In this document: piece after piece, positions 7,969 to 16,918 of the stretch
How positions within the stretch are numbered: position 1 is the stretch's first letter
How the letters are laid out: the number at the start of each line of letters is the position of its first letter
Assembly (NCBI GenBank): GCA_022600655.1
Contig: JAHZJZ010000216.1
Location: 1-34,228 of the forward strand
Origin: Campylobacterota bacterium
GTDB taxonomy: Bacteria; Campylobacterota; Campylobacteria; Campylobacterales; Sulfurovaceae
Direction: 5' to 3'
Length of the DNA stretch: 34,228 nt
The notes under the pieces: generated by a model
The model's database searches: none
Told to the model about the DNA's origin: nothing
What the model saw: only the letters and a program-made list of their open reading frames with translations
Translations under genes and position numbers: made by a program

Positions 7969-9316
7969 TTATTCCCACGGAGCCTCACTCCCCACAACCC
8001 GAAACACAGGATTATTTACAGCAGCACAAACATCAATAGCCAAATTTTCCAGCCCTCCATACGCCCCATAACTTATCTTTTTCTCTTGGTTTACATCGAC
8101 AAAGGCAATCTTCTTTTTTATCGCCGTATAGAGGCTTCGTCCACCTGCTAAAAGAATATCCACATTGTGTTCATCTATCAGCTTGGCCTGTTCATTGGCA
8201 GGTACTTTCATCAAAAATAGGTACATACTCTTTGGCTATCTCTATATCTTCAAGCGTTGCTTTTCGTATACTGGTGGCTACTACCTCTATGCCTATATCT
8301 TGCAAGGCAGAAGCAATTGACCACGACTTGTTTCCACCTGTGTTTAAAATGGCTTTTTTGCCCTCTAAAATTTTTCGGTAGGGAATGAGCCGTTGCTCTA
8401 ACTTCTCCTCCTCCTCTTTGATTACCTCTTCAGCTTTTTGGCTAAGTGTCTCATCTCCAAAAGCGTTGACAATACTTCGTATGGCATTGCTGGTGTCTCG
8501 CTTTCCATAAAATGAGACCGACACATGAGGAATCTGATACTGCTCTTCCATTTTTCGTGTTAAGGTTATAAGTGATTTGGCACAAACAATGACATTGAGT
8601 TTAGCTGTGTGAGCCATCTGAATCTTCTCTATTCGTCCATCACCTGCCAAAGTTGAGACAATCTTAATACCTATCTTTTCCAACAGAGGAGTATACTCCC
8701 ACATGTCACCTGTAACATTGTAGTCACCAATAAGATTGATACCAAAAGGGTGAATCTCTTCAGGCTCTCGTGTACCGATAAGATGATTTAAAACAGCCTC
8801 ACCACCAAGGCGTGAACCCAAGTTTTTACCACCCACAAACCCAGGAGCATGAACCACAACAATAGGAATTTTATACTTCTCTTCCATACGCATGGCGATA
8901 TTGTCCATATCATCACCAATCATCGCTGTTACACAGGTCTCATAGACAAAAATCGCTTTGGGTTTTTTATGTTCGGCAATGTACTCAATGCTCTTTTCAA
9001 GCTTTTCATGACCACCGAAAATGACATCATTGGTCGTAATATCGGTGTAATAACCTAGAGGCGTATTGTCCTCCCCCTCATAACTGGTCAGTGTTGCTCT
9101 GGTCTCCCATGAAGCCCCTTGACAAGTAGCAGGTGCATGAACCAAATGAGCAGCATCGGCATAAGGAAAAAGGGCTATCTGAGCCCCCTCAAAAGCACAC
9201 CCACCAGAAGTCGCCCCTGGTTTAGGTTTGTCACAACCACCCTTTTTATCTTTGTCTTTATTGTGGGTACAAGAGGATTCGTTTAAAAGTTCTTTTATCA
9301 GTTTTCGGTTTACCAT
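7969..9316 (-). CDS. nifE: FeMo-cofactor scaffold NifE, interrupted by a +1 frameshift at 8213-8217 (sequencing error or pseudogene)
   Basis: PGATSGGCAFEGA, TCVTAMIGDD, GFVGGKNLG, TGGNKSWS, and AGGRSLY...DVNQE...APWE in the second frame; removing one base from the 5-nt homopolymer gives one 448-aa ORF. Confidence 0.92.
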
Positions 9317-9340
9317 TGTTACTCCGATATCTATCGTTTA

Positions 9341-9398
9341 TAAAATGGTATGCAAGAACTGTTCCCTACTTCACATCACAATACTTAAGCCCCTCCAA
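9341..9398 (-). repeat. Diverged direct copy of 10171-10230 (LRR gene 3' end plus promoter)
   Basis: Encodes LEGLKYCDVK* versus LRGLEYCDVE* in the LRR gene, followed by the same sigma54 motif. Confidence 0.85.
9351..9366 (-). promoter_or_regulatory. Sigma54 promoter for nifE
   Basis: GGGAACAGTTCTTGCA, about 35 nt from the ATG. Confidence 0.9.
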
Positions 9399-9533
9399 TT
9401 CATTTATAAAACGGCTTTGACCCCTATTTTATTTAAAAATATTGTTTTATTTTTAATGGAACTAAATGATACTTAATATGTCTACACTAAAGCATACACA
9501 AAAATAAACATCACCACACTCTCAACAACTTTT

Positions 9534-9542
9534 TGATATACT
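9534..9542 (+). promoter_or_regulatory. Sigma70 extended -10 for the second TA module
   Basis: TGATATACT, 30 nt upstream of ATG 9572. Confidence 0.5.
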
Positions 9543-9571
9543 TAAAACAAAACTAAAGTAAAGGCTAAAAG

Positions 9572-9814
9572 ATGACCATTACACTGAATGTTCCAAATGA
9601 ACAGTTATTTGATAGAATATTATGGCTTTTAAATCGTTTTAAAAGTGATGGTTTAGAGATAATTACAAGTAGACAAAAAAATTCAAAAGTAGATAACTTA
9701 CGGTTAAAGCATTTTGAACAAATTATTAATACTAAAAGTGAAAACAGTATTAAAGTAGATGAACATATAATTTTAAATCCTCATAATGAATTAAGCAATG
9801 ATATATCTCGATAG
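9572..9814 (+). CDS. Putative antitoxin (VapB-like by position)
   Basis: 80-aa ORF overlapping the start of a PIN-domain gene. Confidence 0.6.
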   Translation: MTITLNVPNEQLFDRILWLLNRFKSDGLEIITSRQKNSKVDNLRLKHFEQIINTKSENSIKVDEHIILNPHNELSNDISR

Positions 9815-10076
9815 TAATGTTTTAATCTATGCTACACTCTCTATCGTTGATACACCAAGCCAACAAGAAAAAGCCATAGAGATACTTAAAGAACTTATTA
9901 ATAATGAGACATTATTGCTTTCAAATTTAAATCTTTTAAAATATGCTTTTAAGAACTCTTTTGATTTATATCATGTTGTTTTTGCTAATGCTCATAACTG
10001 TCAAAAGATTATTACTTTTGATAAAGGTTTTAAAAAGTTTAGAAACAGTTGTGATATTGAAATTGAAGTTCTGTAG
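9798..10076 (+). pseudogene. PIN/VapC toxin with apparent in-frame internal deletion
   Basis: IYLDSNVLIY, FD.YH...A, IITFDKGF motifs but only 92 aa; the central helices are missing and the second acidic residue reads K (NLLKYAF). Confidence 0.65.
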
Positions 10077-10180
10077 CTTTCTTCTTTATGAGGAGTAACC
10101 TTACCCCTCAACCACCCACCAAAAAAATAAAAATCAATTATTATTTTAACTAGCAGTTTTGGTTATTAAATACAATAGTA

Positions 10181-10196
10181 TCCAAGAACTGTTCCT
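10181..10196 (-). promoter_or_regulatory. Decayed or orphan sigma54 promoter copy
   Basis: AGGAACAGTTCTTGGA (-12 GC changed to GG); no sense ORF downstream. Confidence 0.65.
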
Positions 10197-10197
10197 C

Positions 10198-11190
10198 TTA
10201 CTCCACATCACAATACTCAAGCCCTCTTAAAAAAGGTCGTTCTAAAGCACTATTTTGGGCAATATAAAGATTTTTAAGATTTACAAGATTTGTAAATGAT
10301 GCTGGTAGTTCACTAATGTTATTCTCCTCCACATCAAGCTCCAATAATCCTGTTAACTCTCCAATACATTCAGGAAGTTCTCTTAAATTATTGGCAGAGA
10401 CACTCAAATGGTTAAGATTTTTAAGTGCACAAATTCCATCGGGTAACTTTTCTAACCCGTTATTATCAAGCGTCAAGATTTTTAAATCTTCAAGTTGGCT
10501 AATATCAAAATCTAGTTCAGTCAGATTATTATCGTTCAGGTTGAGCCGTATCAACATATCGTGCGACTCTAGTGTAGGCAGGTCTTTAATGGTATTTCCC
10601 TCTAAAAGCAAGGTCTCCAGCTCTTCAATTTGACTAATGGACTTAGGTAGATAACTCAACTTATTATAGGACAGGTCAAGATAGTAGAGTGCTTCCATCG
10701 ATTCAAAAATATCGGGTAACTCTTTTAAATTGTTGGTATCAAGTGACAGATAAAGCAACTTAGAAAGGTTTTTAAACTCAATAGATAGCGACTCCAAAGA
10801 GTTGGTTGCCATACTTAAACGGGTCAATTTGGTGAGTTGATAAAAGCTCTTGGGTAGAACTTTTAGTCGGTTACCATTAAGGTTTAAAATAACCAATGAG
10901 TCCAGTTCACCTATGCTCTGTGGTAACTTTTCAAGTAGATTATCTTGACACTGTAGATTACGCAGTTTTTTTAATTTTCCGATACTCTCAGGCAGTTTTG
11001 TCAGTCGGTTCCCCGAAAGTTTTAGAACACATAAATTACTTAAAACTTCTATAGAGTCAGGGAGTTCTCTCAGTTTTTTTTTAGATAGGTCAAGTACCGA
11101 GAGTTCATCTAGTAATGTGGGTGCTGTAGGAATGGTTGAACTTAGATTATTCGACTTAACCCATCGTATAAAAGCATCATATTGATTCAT
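10198..11190 (-). CDS. Leucine-rich repeat protein
   Basis: About 12 tandem 23-aa repeats LPxxIxxLxxLxxLxLxxNxLxx; no signal peptide. Confidence 0.92.
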   Translation of the reverse strand: MNQYDAFIRWVKSNNLSSTIPTAPTLLDELSVLDLSKKKLRELPDSIEVLSNLCVLKLSGNRLTKLPESIGKLKKLRNLQCQDNLLEKLPQSIGELDSLVILNLNGNRLKVLPKSFYQLTKLTRLSMATNSLESLSIEFKNLSKLLYLSLDTNNLKELPDIFESMEALYYLDLSYNKLSYLPKSISQIEELETLLLEGNTIKDLPTLESHDMLIRLNLNDNNLTELDFDISQLEDLKILTLDNNGLEKLPDGICALKNLNHLSVSANNLRELPECIGELTGLLELDVEENNISELPASFTNLVNLKNLYIAQNSALERPFLRGLEYCDVE

Positions 11191-11192
11191 TG

Positions 11193-11453
11193 TTATATCT
11201 CCTTAAATCGTGCTTGAAATTGGTCGATAAGAAAATCTATCTCTTCATAATCAATGGCTCCAAAATCGACCATATTAAAAAGTGCCATAAGGGGTCGTCT
11301 ACAACAAGTTTTATTGCACTCCGTTACCAATTTCTTGGCTTTTTTATAGGGCAGTTCGGTTGCTTCAAAAATCTCAATGGCTTGTAGAACATTTTTATTA
11401 CCACAATCACAAATAATTTTTTGACCAATCTCCTTTTGGGCTAGAGTTTGCAT
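11193..11453 (-). CDS. BFD-like [2Fe-2S]-binding protein
   Basis: IICDC...CNKTCCR spacing resembling BFD/NifU central domain. Confidence 0.6.
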   Translation of the reverse strand: MQTLAQKEIGQKIICDCGNKNVLQAIEIFEATELPYKKAKKLVTECNKTCCRRPLMALFNMVDFGAIDYEEIDFLIDQFQARFKEI

Positions 11454-11466
11454 AAAAATACTTTGT

Positions 11467-11673
11467 CTATTTCAAAAAATCATGTTTTGCTTTAAACTCT
11501 GTCACATCTCTCATCGCAACTTGTACTTTTTCACTCAACGCTAAAAGCTTTTCATAATCTGTCCAGATGGTATCTTCGACAATGTCATGAATCTCTCCTG
11601 CTATTTGGGTTACAATTCTTTTGTATTTTGCGTACTCTTTTTTAATTGCTTTTTGTTCTTCTGTTAATGCCAT
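11467..11673 (-). CDS. Rop-like (CCE_0567/DUF683) nif-associated protein
   Basis: 68-aa two-helix protein with EIHDIVED matching the family (D)LHDLxE motif. Confidence 0.7.
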   Translation of the reverse strand: MALTEEQKAIKKEYAKYKRIVTQIAGEIHDIVEDTIWTDYEKLLALSEKVQVAMRDVTEFKAKHDFLK

Positions 11674-11697
11674 TTTTTATCCTTTTTCATTAAATTG

Positions 11698-11727
11698 TGT
11701 AGGGTGCGTTAGAAAACGCACCCTACA
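11698..11727. repeat. GTAG-type REP-like palindrome
   Basis: TGTAGGGTGCGTT-AGAA-AACGCACCCTACA; overlaps the TAG stop at 11723-11725. Confidence 0.75.
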
Positions 11728-12532
11728 ATGCATAAACCATCTCTAAATCTATGCTAGGTTTATTCCCCAAGTAAAGAAGTTGATACCCACTCACCACATC
11801 AAACTTATACGATGTATAGAGGTCAACAATCTCCTTTACCTCGGGAATAAACGCAATAATCTTCTTTAATCCACGGTGGTAAATTACCCCTCGAATGAAT
11901 TTTTCAGCATCACTCAACGCCTCACTCTGCATAATCCAAGGAGAGATTTTTACCACACTACGGTTAAGTGCATAAGAGTGCTGATACCCAAAATCATTAG
12001 AGAGCATAAGCGAAGATTGTTTCATAACAGCTCTAGTAATGTACTCAAATCTATCCTCCCTAAAGGCTCGATAGTCATACTTTTTAAGCGTCTGTTGATA
12101 ATTCTCATTGCTAATGCTTTTGGCTGTAGCGTTAGAAAAGTTAAACGCCACACCCCCACCACTAAAAACAGCCTGTTTAAAAGAGGCATAGCGTTCAAAA
12201 TCTAGCTCTTTAAAAGAGTCTAGTTCATCACTTTTTGCCAAAATTAAAATGGTTCTGTTAGCCTCTATATTGTTAAGCAAGAGTTGAACCAAACGCTTTT
12301 TAAAATCTATCTCGACCCCATCTAAAGTATAAAAGTTATTAATCAAAACCGAATCATAAAAGTCATAAGCTGTAATGAGTGCCAACAGTTTTTTCTCCTC
12401 ATAGAGTCCAAAACAGTAGGTTGGATTTTGAGCGTAGGTGGTCAAAATAAGATTTTTATCGACCACCTTTTGAGCCTCAAATTCCTGCAAATCTGCTGTT
12501 AGACGATTGCCCCGTATCCACCCTATGAACAT
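11723..12532 (-). CDS. Hypothetical protein, possibly degenerate GNAT fold
   Basis: 269-aa ORF overlapping the nifV stop; weak resemblance to two-domain GNAT proteins. Confidence 0.6.
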   Translation of the reverse strand: MFIGWIRGNRLTADLQEFEAQKVVDKNLILTTYAQNPTYCFGLYEEKKLLALITAYDFYDSVLINNFYTLDGVEIDFKKRLVQLLLNNIEANRTILILAKSDELDSFKELDFERYASFKQAVFSGGGVAFNFSNATAKSISNENYQQTLKKYDYRAFREDRFEYITRAVMKQSSLMLSNDFGYQHSYALNRSVVKISPWIMQSEALSDAEKFIRGVIYHRGLKKIIAFIPEVKEIVDLYTSYKFDVVSGYQLLYLGNKPSIDLEMVYAL

Positions 12533-13629
12533 AAGTACAACTCTTTTAACTCTTCACCACTCATTACCGATTTACGCTTGGTCACAATGGCTCGAACTTT
12601 AGGTAATATGGCTTGAACACGCTCTTTGGTAGGGAACATCCCCATCCCTTTAAGATGGTGCAGAAGCGTCGCACTCCCTGAATGTTTTCCAATGGGAAAA
12701 TGGCGACGCAACCCAACCTCTTCGGGCAAAAACGCCTCATAAGCACTCTGTGAGCGAATCATTCCACTCACATGAATACCCGACTCATGCGAAAAGATAT
12801 GCTCACCAACAATGGGGCTACTTGTAGCAATCGGTCGGTTTGATGCTTTAGCAACAGTCTGTACCAAAGCTTTGAGTTTCTCAGGATTAATCTCTCTTTT
12901 TTCACCAAATTGATGGGTAAGCGACATCAAAAGCTGTTCAAATGAGGCATTTCCTGCCCTCTCTCCTAGTCCAATTACTGTGGTATTGGCACTCTTAGCC
13001 CCAGCCTCTATCCCTGCAATGGAGTTTGCCGTAGCCATACCAAAGTCATTGTGGGTATGCATCTCAATATCCAACAGATTTAAAGCACCCAATTGGGCAA
13101 TATTCTCATAAGTCCGATAGGGTGTTAAAATCCCCACCGTATCACAATAACGAAAACGGTCAGCCCCAAGCTCCTTGCCAAAACTCATCAACTCTGCTAA
13201 AAAACCATTGTCAGCCCGACTGGCATCCTCTCCACCGATACAGACAAAAAGCCCCTCTTCTTTAGCAACACTCACCACCTCTTCAAGGTTTCTAAAAAGC
13301 CTCTCTCTATCCCCTTTAAACTTCACATCTATCAAAATATCTGAAACAGGTATAGACAGATCAACAGCTTTTACCCCACAAGAGAGTGAAGCTTCAAGGT
13401 CACCCATGGTAGCACGGTTCCAACTCATAATCTGTATAGGAAGATTGAGATTGAGTATCTCTTTAAGGTCAGTCTGCTCTTTGCTCCCCATAGCAGGAAT
13501 ACCCACTTCAAGCTCATCAACACCACACTCATACAACAGTTCTGCAATGAGCAACTTCTCTTTGGTATTAAAAGCGACATAGGGTGCTTGTTCACCGTCA
13601 CGAAGGGTGGTGTCATTTATGAGTGCCAT
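12523..13629 (-). CDS. nifV: Homocitrate synthase
   Basis: DTTLRDGEQAP, EVGIPAMG, EMHTHNDFGMATAN, GLGERAGNA, HESGIH, GKHSG. Confidence 0.95.
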   Translation of the reverse strand: MALINDTTLRDGEQAPYVAFNTKEKLLIAELLYECGVDELEVGIPAMGSKEQTDLKEILNLNLPIQIMSWNRATMGDLEASLSCGVKAVDLSIPVSDILIDVKFKGDRERLFRNLEEVVSVAKEEGLFVCIGGEDASRADNGFLAELMSFGKELGADRFRYCDTVGILTPYRTYENIAQLGALNLLDIEMHTHNDFGMATANSIAGIEAGAKSANTTVIGLGERAGNASFEQLLMSLTHQFGEKREINPEKLKALVQTVAKASNRPIATSSPIVGEHIFSHESGIHVSGMIRSQSAYEAFLPEEVGLRRHFPIGKHSGSATLLHHLKGMGMFPTKERVQAILPKVRAIVTKRKSVMSGEELKELYLCS

Positions 13630-13664
13630 TTTGAGTTCCTTGTAGCATGATTTTAGATACTATA

Positions 13665-13680
13665 TGCAAGAGTTGTTCCA
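13665..13680 (-). promoter_or_regulatory. Sigma54 promoter for the nifV operon
   Basis: TGGAACAACTCTTGCA, about 36 nt from the ATG. Confidence 0.9.
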
Positions 13681-13700
13681 CTAGAATTTAAGTTATAATT

Positions 13701-13728
13701 ACTCTTAGAAATGGGAGACTTCAGTCCC
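13701..13728 (+). repeat. Single REP-like copy
   Basis: ACTCTTAGAAATGGGAGACTTCAGTCCC matches 17795-17822 at 24 of 28 positions. Confidence 0.7.
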
Positions 13729-13760
13729 ACCATGTAAAAACTCTTCTTTAAGGAATTCAA

Positions 13761-14267
13761 ATGAAAAAGTTATACCTCATACGCCACGCCAAATCAAGCT
13801 GGAAAGATTTTACCTTAGATGATTTTGACCGACCCCTAAACAAACGAGGAAAACATGACTCAAAACTGATGGGAGAACTGTTAAAAAGTAGAGCCATAAA
13901 ACCCAACCTCATCATCGCTTCCCCTGCCAAAAGAGCTACCATAACAGCCAACAATATTGCTCAAGAAATTGGATATGCGTTAGAAAACATTGAGTATAAA
14001 GAGAGTATCTATGAAGCTTCTGTTCGTGATTTGATTACGGTTCTAACATCTATTAATGATAAAAATTCGACTATTTTTTTGATTGGACACAACCCCTCCT
14101 TGAACTCATTATTGGACTATTTGGTAAAGCATCATGATATTGAGAATATTGTTACTACGGGGATTGTGGAGATTGATTTTGATATTGAACATTGGAATGA
14201 GATTGCTGAAAATTCTGGGGAGTTTGTTTTGTTTGAATTTCCAAAGAAATATATCTTAGGAGAATGA
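13761..14267 (+). CDS. sixA: SixA-like histidine phosphatase
   Basis: LYLIRHAKSSW...DFDRPLN.RG, SPAKRA, IGHNP. Confidence 0.9.
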   Translation: MKKLYLIRHAKSSWKDFTLDDFDRPLNKRGKHDSKLMGELLKSRAIKPNLIIASPAKRATITANNIAQEIGYALENIEYKESIYEASVRDLITVLTSINDKNSTIFLIGHNPSLNSLLDYLVKHHDIENIVTTGIVEIDFDIEHWNEIAENSGEFVLFEFPKKYILGE

Positions 14268-14879
14268 ACTTTTCTCCTTTAAGCCCTCAAAAATAATCTC
14301 CTCTAATAATTTACTGTCAGCATACTGTACACACTTAATCGAAGCTTTAATATAAGCTCCATTATCAATGGCACTACTATAATCAATCGCTCCATATCCA
14401 TTAAACAGAGCCAACATATCACAATACAACCGTGTAATCCTACCGTTCAACTCATAAAAGGGATGTAAAGCTATTAATTCCCCTTGATAATAGGCTAATT
14501 TTTTAGCAAATAAAACTTTATTATTTTTGACATCTGCTAGATAGTTATCTCTCTGCAACTCTTGAAAAATTCGAGCTGCCTCACTGTTTAGGTATTGAGC
14601 CAAACAAAATTGTGAGTCACCTTTGGTCATGTTGACATCTCTATAGAGTCCTGCAAAATTATAGAGGGATTTAAAAGTTTTTTTATGGAGATTAATAAAG
14701 TAGGTTTCATCTAAAATGGTTATATCACTTAATTGTTGAGTAAGTTGTATGTATGCTTGTTCTAAAAGAGTATTCTCTACTTCATGAATATCTATTGAAT
14801 TTTCTATTCCAAGTCTATTTATAGGAATATCTGTCCCCTCAATATAGATAGAACTATGACTAAAACGATACTTTGACAT
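14256..14879 (-). CDS. Fic family toxin
   Basis: HPFYELNGRITR (variant of HPFxEGNGRxxR); AGLYRDVN..KG. Confidence 0.9.
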   Translation of the reverse strand: MSKYRFSHSSIYIEGTDIPINRLGIENSIDIHEVENTLLEQAYIQLTQQLSDITILDETYFINLHKKTFKSLYNFAGLYRDVNMTKGDSQFCLAQYLNSEAARIFQELQRDNYLADVKNNKVLFAKKLAYYQGELIALHPFYELNGRITRLYCDMLALFNGYGAIDYSSAIDNGAYIKASIKCVQYADSKLLEEIIFEGLKEKSSFS

Positions 14880-15138
14880 TATGTTGTTCCATCAAAGCTT
14901 CTATTCTCTTCTTTGTCTCTTTAGAAGCTGGTTCATATCCCTCAATGCGTTGAGAGTTTGTAACAATTTTTTTTATCTCTTCTTCAGAAAGTAAACTTTT
15001 ATTACTATCTATATCAGTCTGAAAAAACTGTTTTAACGCCTCAACTATAAGCTCATTTGCCTGTTTCTGTTTAGTTGAAATATATTTAGAAATTTGCTCT
15101 TGAAGCTGATTATCTTCTATATTTATATTGATGTTCAT
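14860..15138 (-). CDS. VbhA/FicA-like antitoxin
   Basis: SQRIEG matches the (S/T)xxxE(G/N) inhibitory motif; overlaps the fic start; TGCTATACT extended -10 at 15193-15201. Confidence 0.8.
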   Translation of the reverse strand: MNININIEDNQLQEQISKYISTKQKQANELIVEALKQFFQTDIDSNKSLLSEEEIKKIVTNSQRIEGYEPASKETKKRIEALMEQHNVKVSF

Positions 15139-15244
15139 TTCATCTCCTCAAGTTACGATTTTTAAATCTACCTACTTTATTTAGATGATTTAAGTATAGC
15201 ATAACTATTAAGAAAAATTAAACTCATTCTAGGAAGTACAACTA

Positions 15245-15351
15245 ATCCCCCATACAAAAAATCCAAGGTGCTCATAATACAAAGGGTAATTAAGAAAATG
15301 TGAGGTAGCAATAATCTAAAATCTTATGAGCACTTTGCATTTTTTGGGGAT
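15245..15351. repeat. About 107-bp element with long imperfect inverted arms (MITE-like or structured RNA)
   Basis: ATCCCC..AAAAAATCCAAGGTGCTCATAA (15245-15277) pairs with TTATGAGCACTTTGCATTTTTTGGGGAT (15324-15351). Confidence 0.65.
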
Positions 15352-15382
15352 ACAGGAGAGGAGTGAGGTAGAGCATAGGGAA

Positions 15383-16843
15383 TTACCCCAGCTCTGCTTC
15401 TAACTCTAATGCTTCTTTTTCAAAAAAATGTTTTTTTGCTGCATCAAATACAGACTTCTCTATGGGTTGCAGTGCATAACTCTCGTCGGCAATGAGATTA
15501 ATCGCTGCTAACTCATCCATCGGACAGTCACCGATTTTTTCAGTTAAGAGAATGTCACAATCATGTAGCGTCTGTTTAATCTCTTCAATCGGGTTATTCC
15601 CATCACAATTTTCTGGACCAGAGCAGTAGGAACTCTCTATTTTACGGTGCATTAGGAACTTAATCGCTTTATCTCCTACTTCATAGACCAAGAACTCTTG
15701 TGCAGAACCAAAGTGCATGTTAATCATACCTTCACCACCTGTGGTCACGGCTACGAGTTTGGTTTCACCTGTTGAGCTCAGCTCCTCTTTGGTGGCTTGT
15801 TCGATTTTTATTCGCTCATTAGCTACGTCAAGATGGCCTCTCCAGTTCTCTATCATCTCATGTTTTTGGGCTCTGGCTTCAATGTTGTAGATGTCCTCTA
15901 GCTCTGTAAACTGCATATTTACAAATGTCTCTTTGGTAAACTCATCCCCTCTATCTTCGCCAATGAGTCCAACAGCATCAGCTCTACATTGACGACAATG
16001 TTGCATAAGCTTCATGTCCATTCCACATGCTTCTTGGGCTGCCATCTGCTCTTGGTCAGTGGCACTTGGTACACCATCGAGTCCAAACTTGGTTCCAAAC
16101 TCTGGAGAGCTTAGTAGAGGCATAATGTTGTGTAAAAAGACATTCATCTCTTTAAGTTTTTTTGCTACATTTGGTAAATCTTTATCATTAATCCCTGGAA
16201 TTAGTACTGAGTTGGCTTTTACTAAAATACCCCGTTCTGTTAACATCTGAATCCCTTTAAGCTGTTGCTCTAAAAGAATTTTTGCACCCTCTGCTCCAAA
16301 GATTTTTTTATGACCCCAGTTAATCCATGGGTAAATCTCTGAACCTATCTTACCTGTAGTATCCACGGTGTTAATGGTAACCGTAACATGGTCAACATTG
16401 TATTTTTCGATTTGGTCGATAAATTCTGGAAGTCTAAGCCCATTGGTCGAGAGACAAAGTTTAAGGTCAGGAGCTTTGGCTTGTAACATTTTAAATGTTT
16501 TAAAAGTCGCTTTTGGATTGGCTAAAGCATCTCCTGGTCCAGCAATTCCTACAACAGAGAGCTGTTGAATATCACCACCTACATAGAGTACTTTTTTCAC
16601 AGCCTCCTCAGGAGAGAGTTTACCACTGGTTACTCCTGGTCGGCTCTCATTTGAACAGTCATATTTACGGTTACAATAGTTACACTGAATGTTACACGCA
16701 GGTGCTACAGCGACATGAATTCTCGCGTAGTGCTGGTGTGCCCCTTCACTATAACATGGGTGGTTGTTTATCTTCTCTTGTATCGCAGCAGCTTCTGGAT
16801 TGTTTGGGTCAAAATTGCTTGAACCTCCGTTTGAACAGCTCAT
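15383..16843 (-). CDS. nifB: Radical SAM FeMo-cofactor biosynthesis protein NifB with C-terminal NifX-like domain
   Basis: HPCYS, CNIQCNYC, NESRPG, AGPGDAL, CRQCRADA, HFG motifs. Confidence 0.97.
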   Translation of the reverse strand: MSCSNGGSSNFDPNNPEAAAIQEKINNHPCYSEGAHQHYARIHVAVAPACNIQCNYCNRKYDCSNESRPGVTSGKLSPEEAVKKVLYVGGDIQQLSVVGIAGPGDALANPKATFKTFKMLQAKAPDLKLCLSTNGLRLPEFIDQIEKYNVDHVTVTINTVDTTGKIGSEIYPWINWGHKKIFGAEGAKILLEQQLKGIQMLTERGILVKANSVLIPGINDKDLPNVAKKLKEMNVFLHNIMPLLSSPEFGTKFGLDGVPSATDQEQMAAQEACGMDMKLMQHCRQCRADAVGLIGEDRGDEFTKETFVNMQFTELEDIYNIEARAQKHEMIENWRGHLDVANERIKIEQATKEELSSTGETKLVAVTTGGEGMINMHFGSAQEFLVYEVGDKAIKFLMHRKIESSYCSGPENCDGNNPIEEIKQTLHDCDILLTEKIGDCPMDELAAINLIADESYALQPIEKSVFDAAKKHFFEKEALELEAELG

Positions 16844-16881
16844 CTGTTTTCCTTTTATAGTTTTTTTCTATAAAAGGTAGA

Positions 16882-16897
16882 TACAAGAACTGTTCCT
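16882..16897 (-). promoter_or_regulatory. Sigma54 promoter for nifB
   Basis: AGGAACAGTTCTTGTA (GG-N10-GT), about 39 nt from the ATG. Confidence 0.78.
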
Positions 16898-16918
16898 TAT
16901 GACGTAAAATGGTAATTT

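Noticed and set aside
7969-8226. Separate 85-aa gene
   Set aside because: It is the NifE C-terminus in the shifted frame
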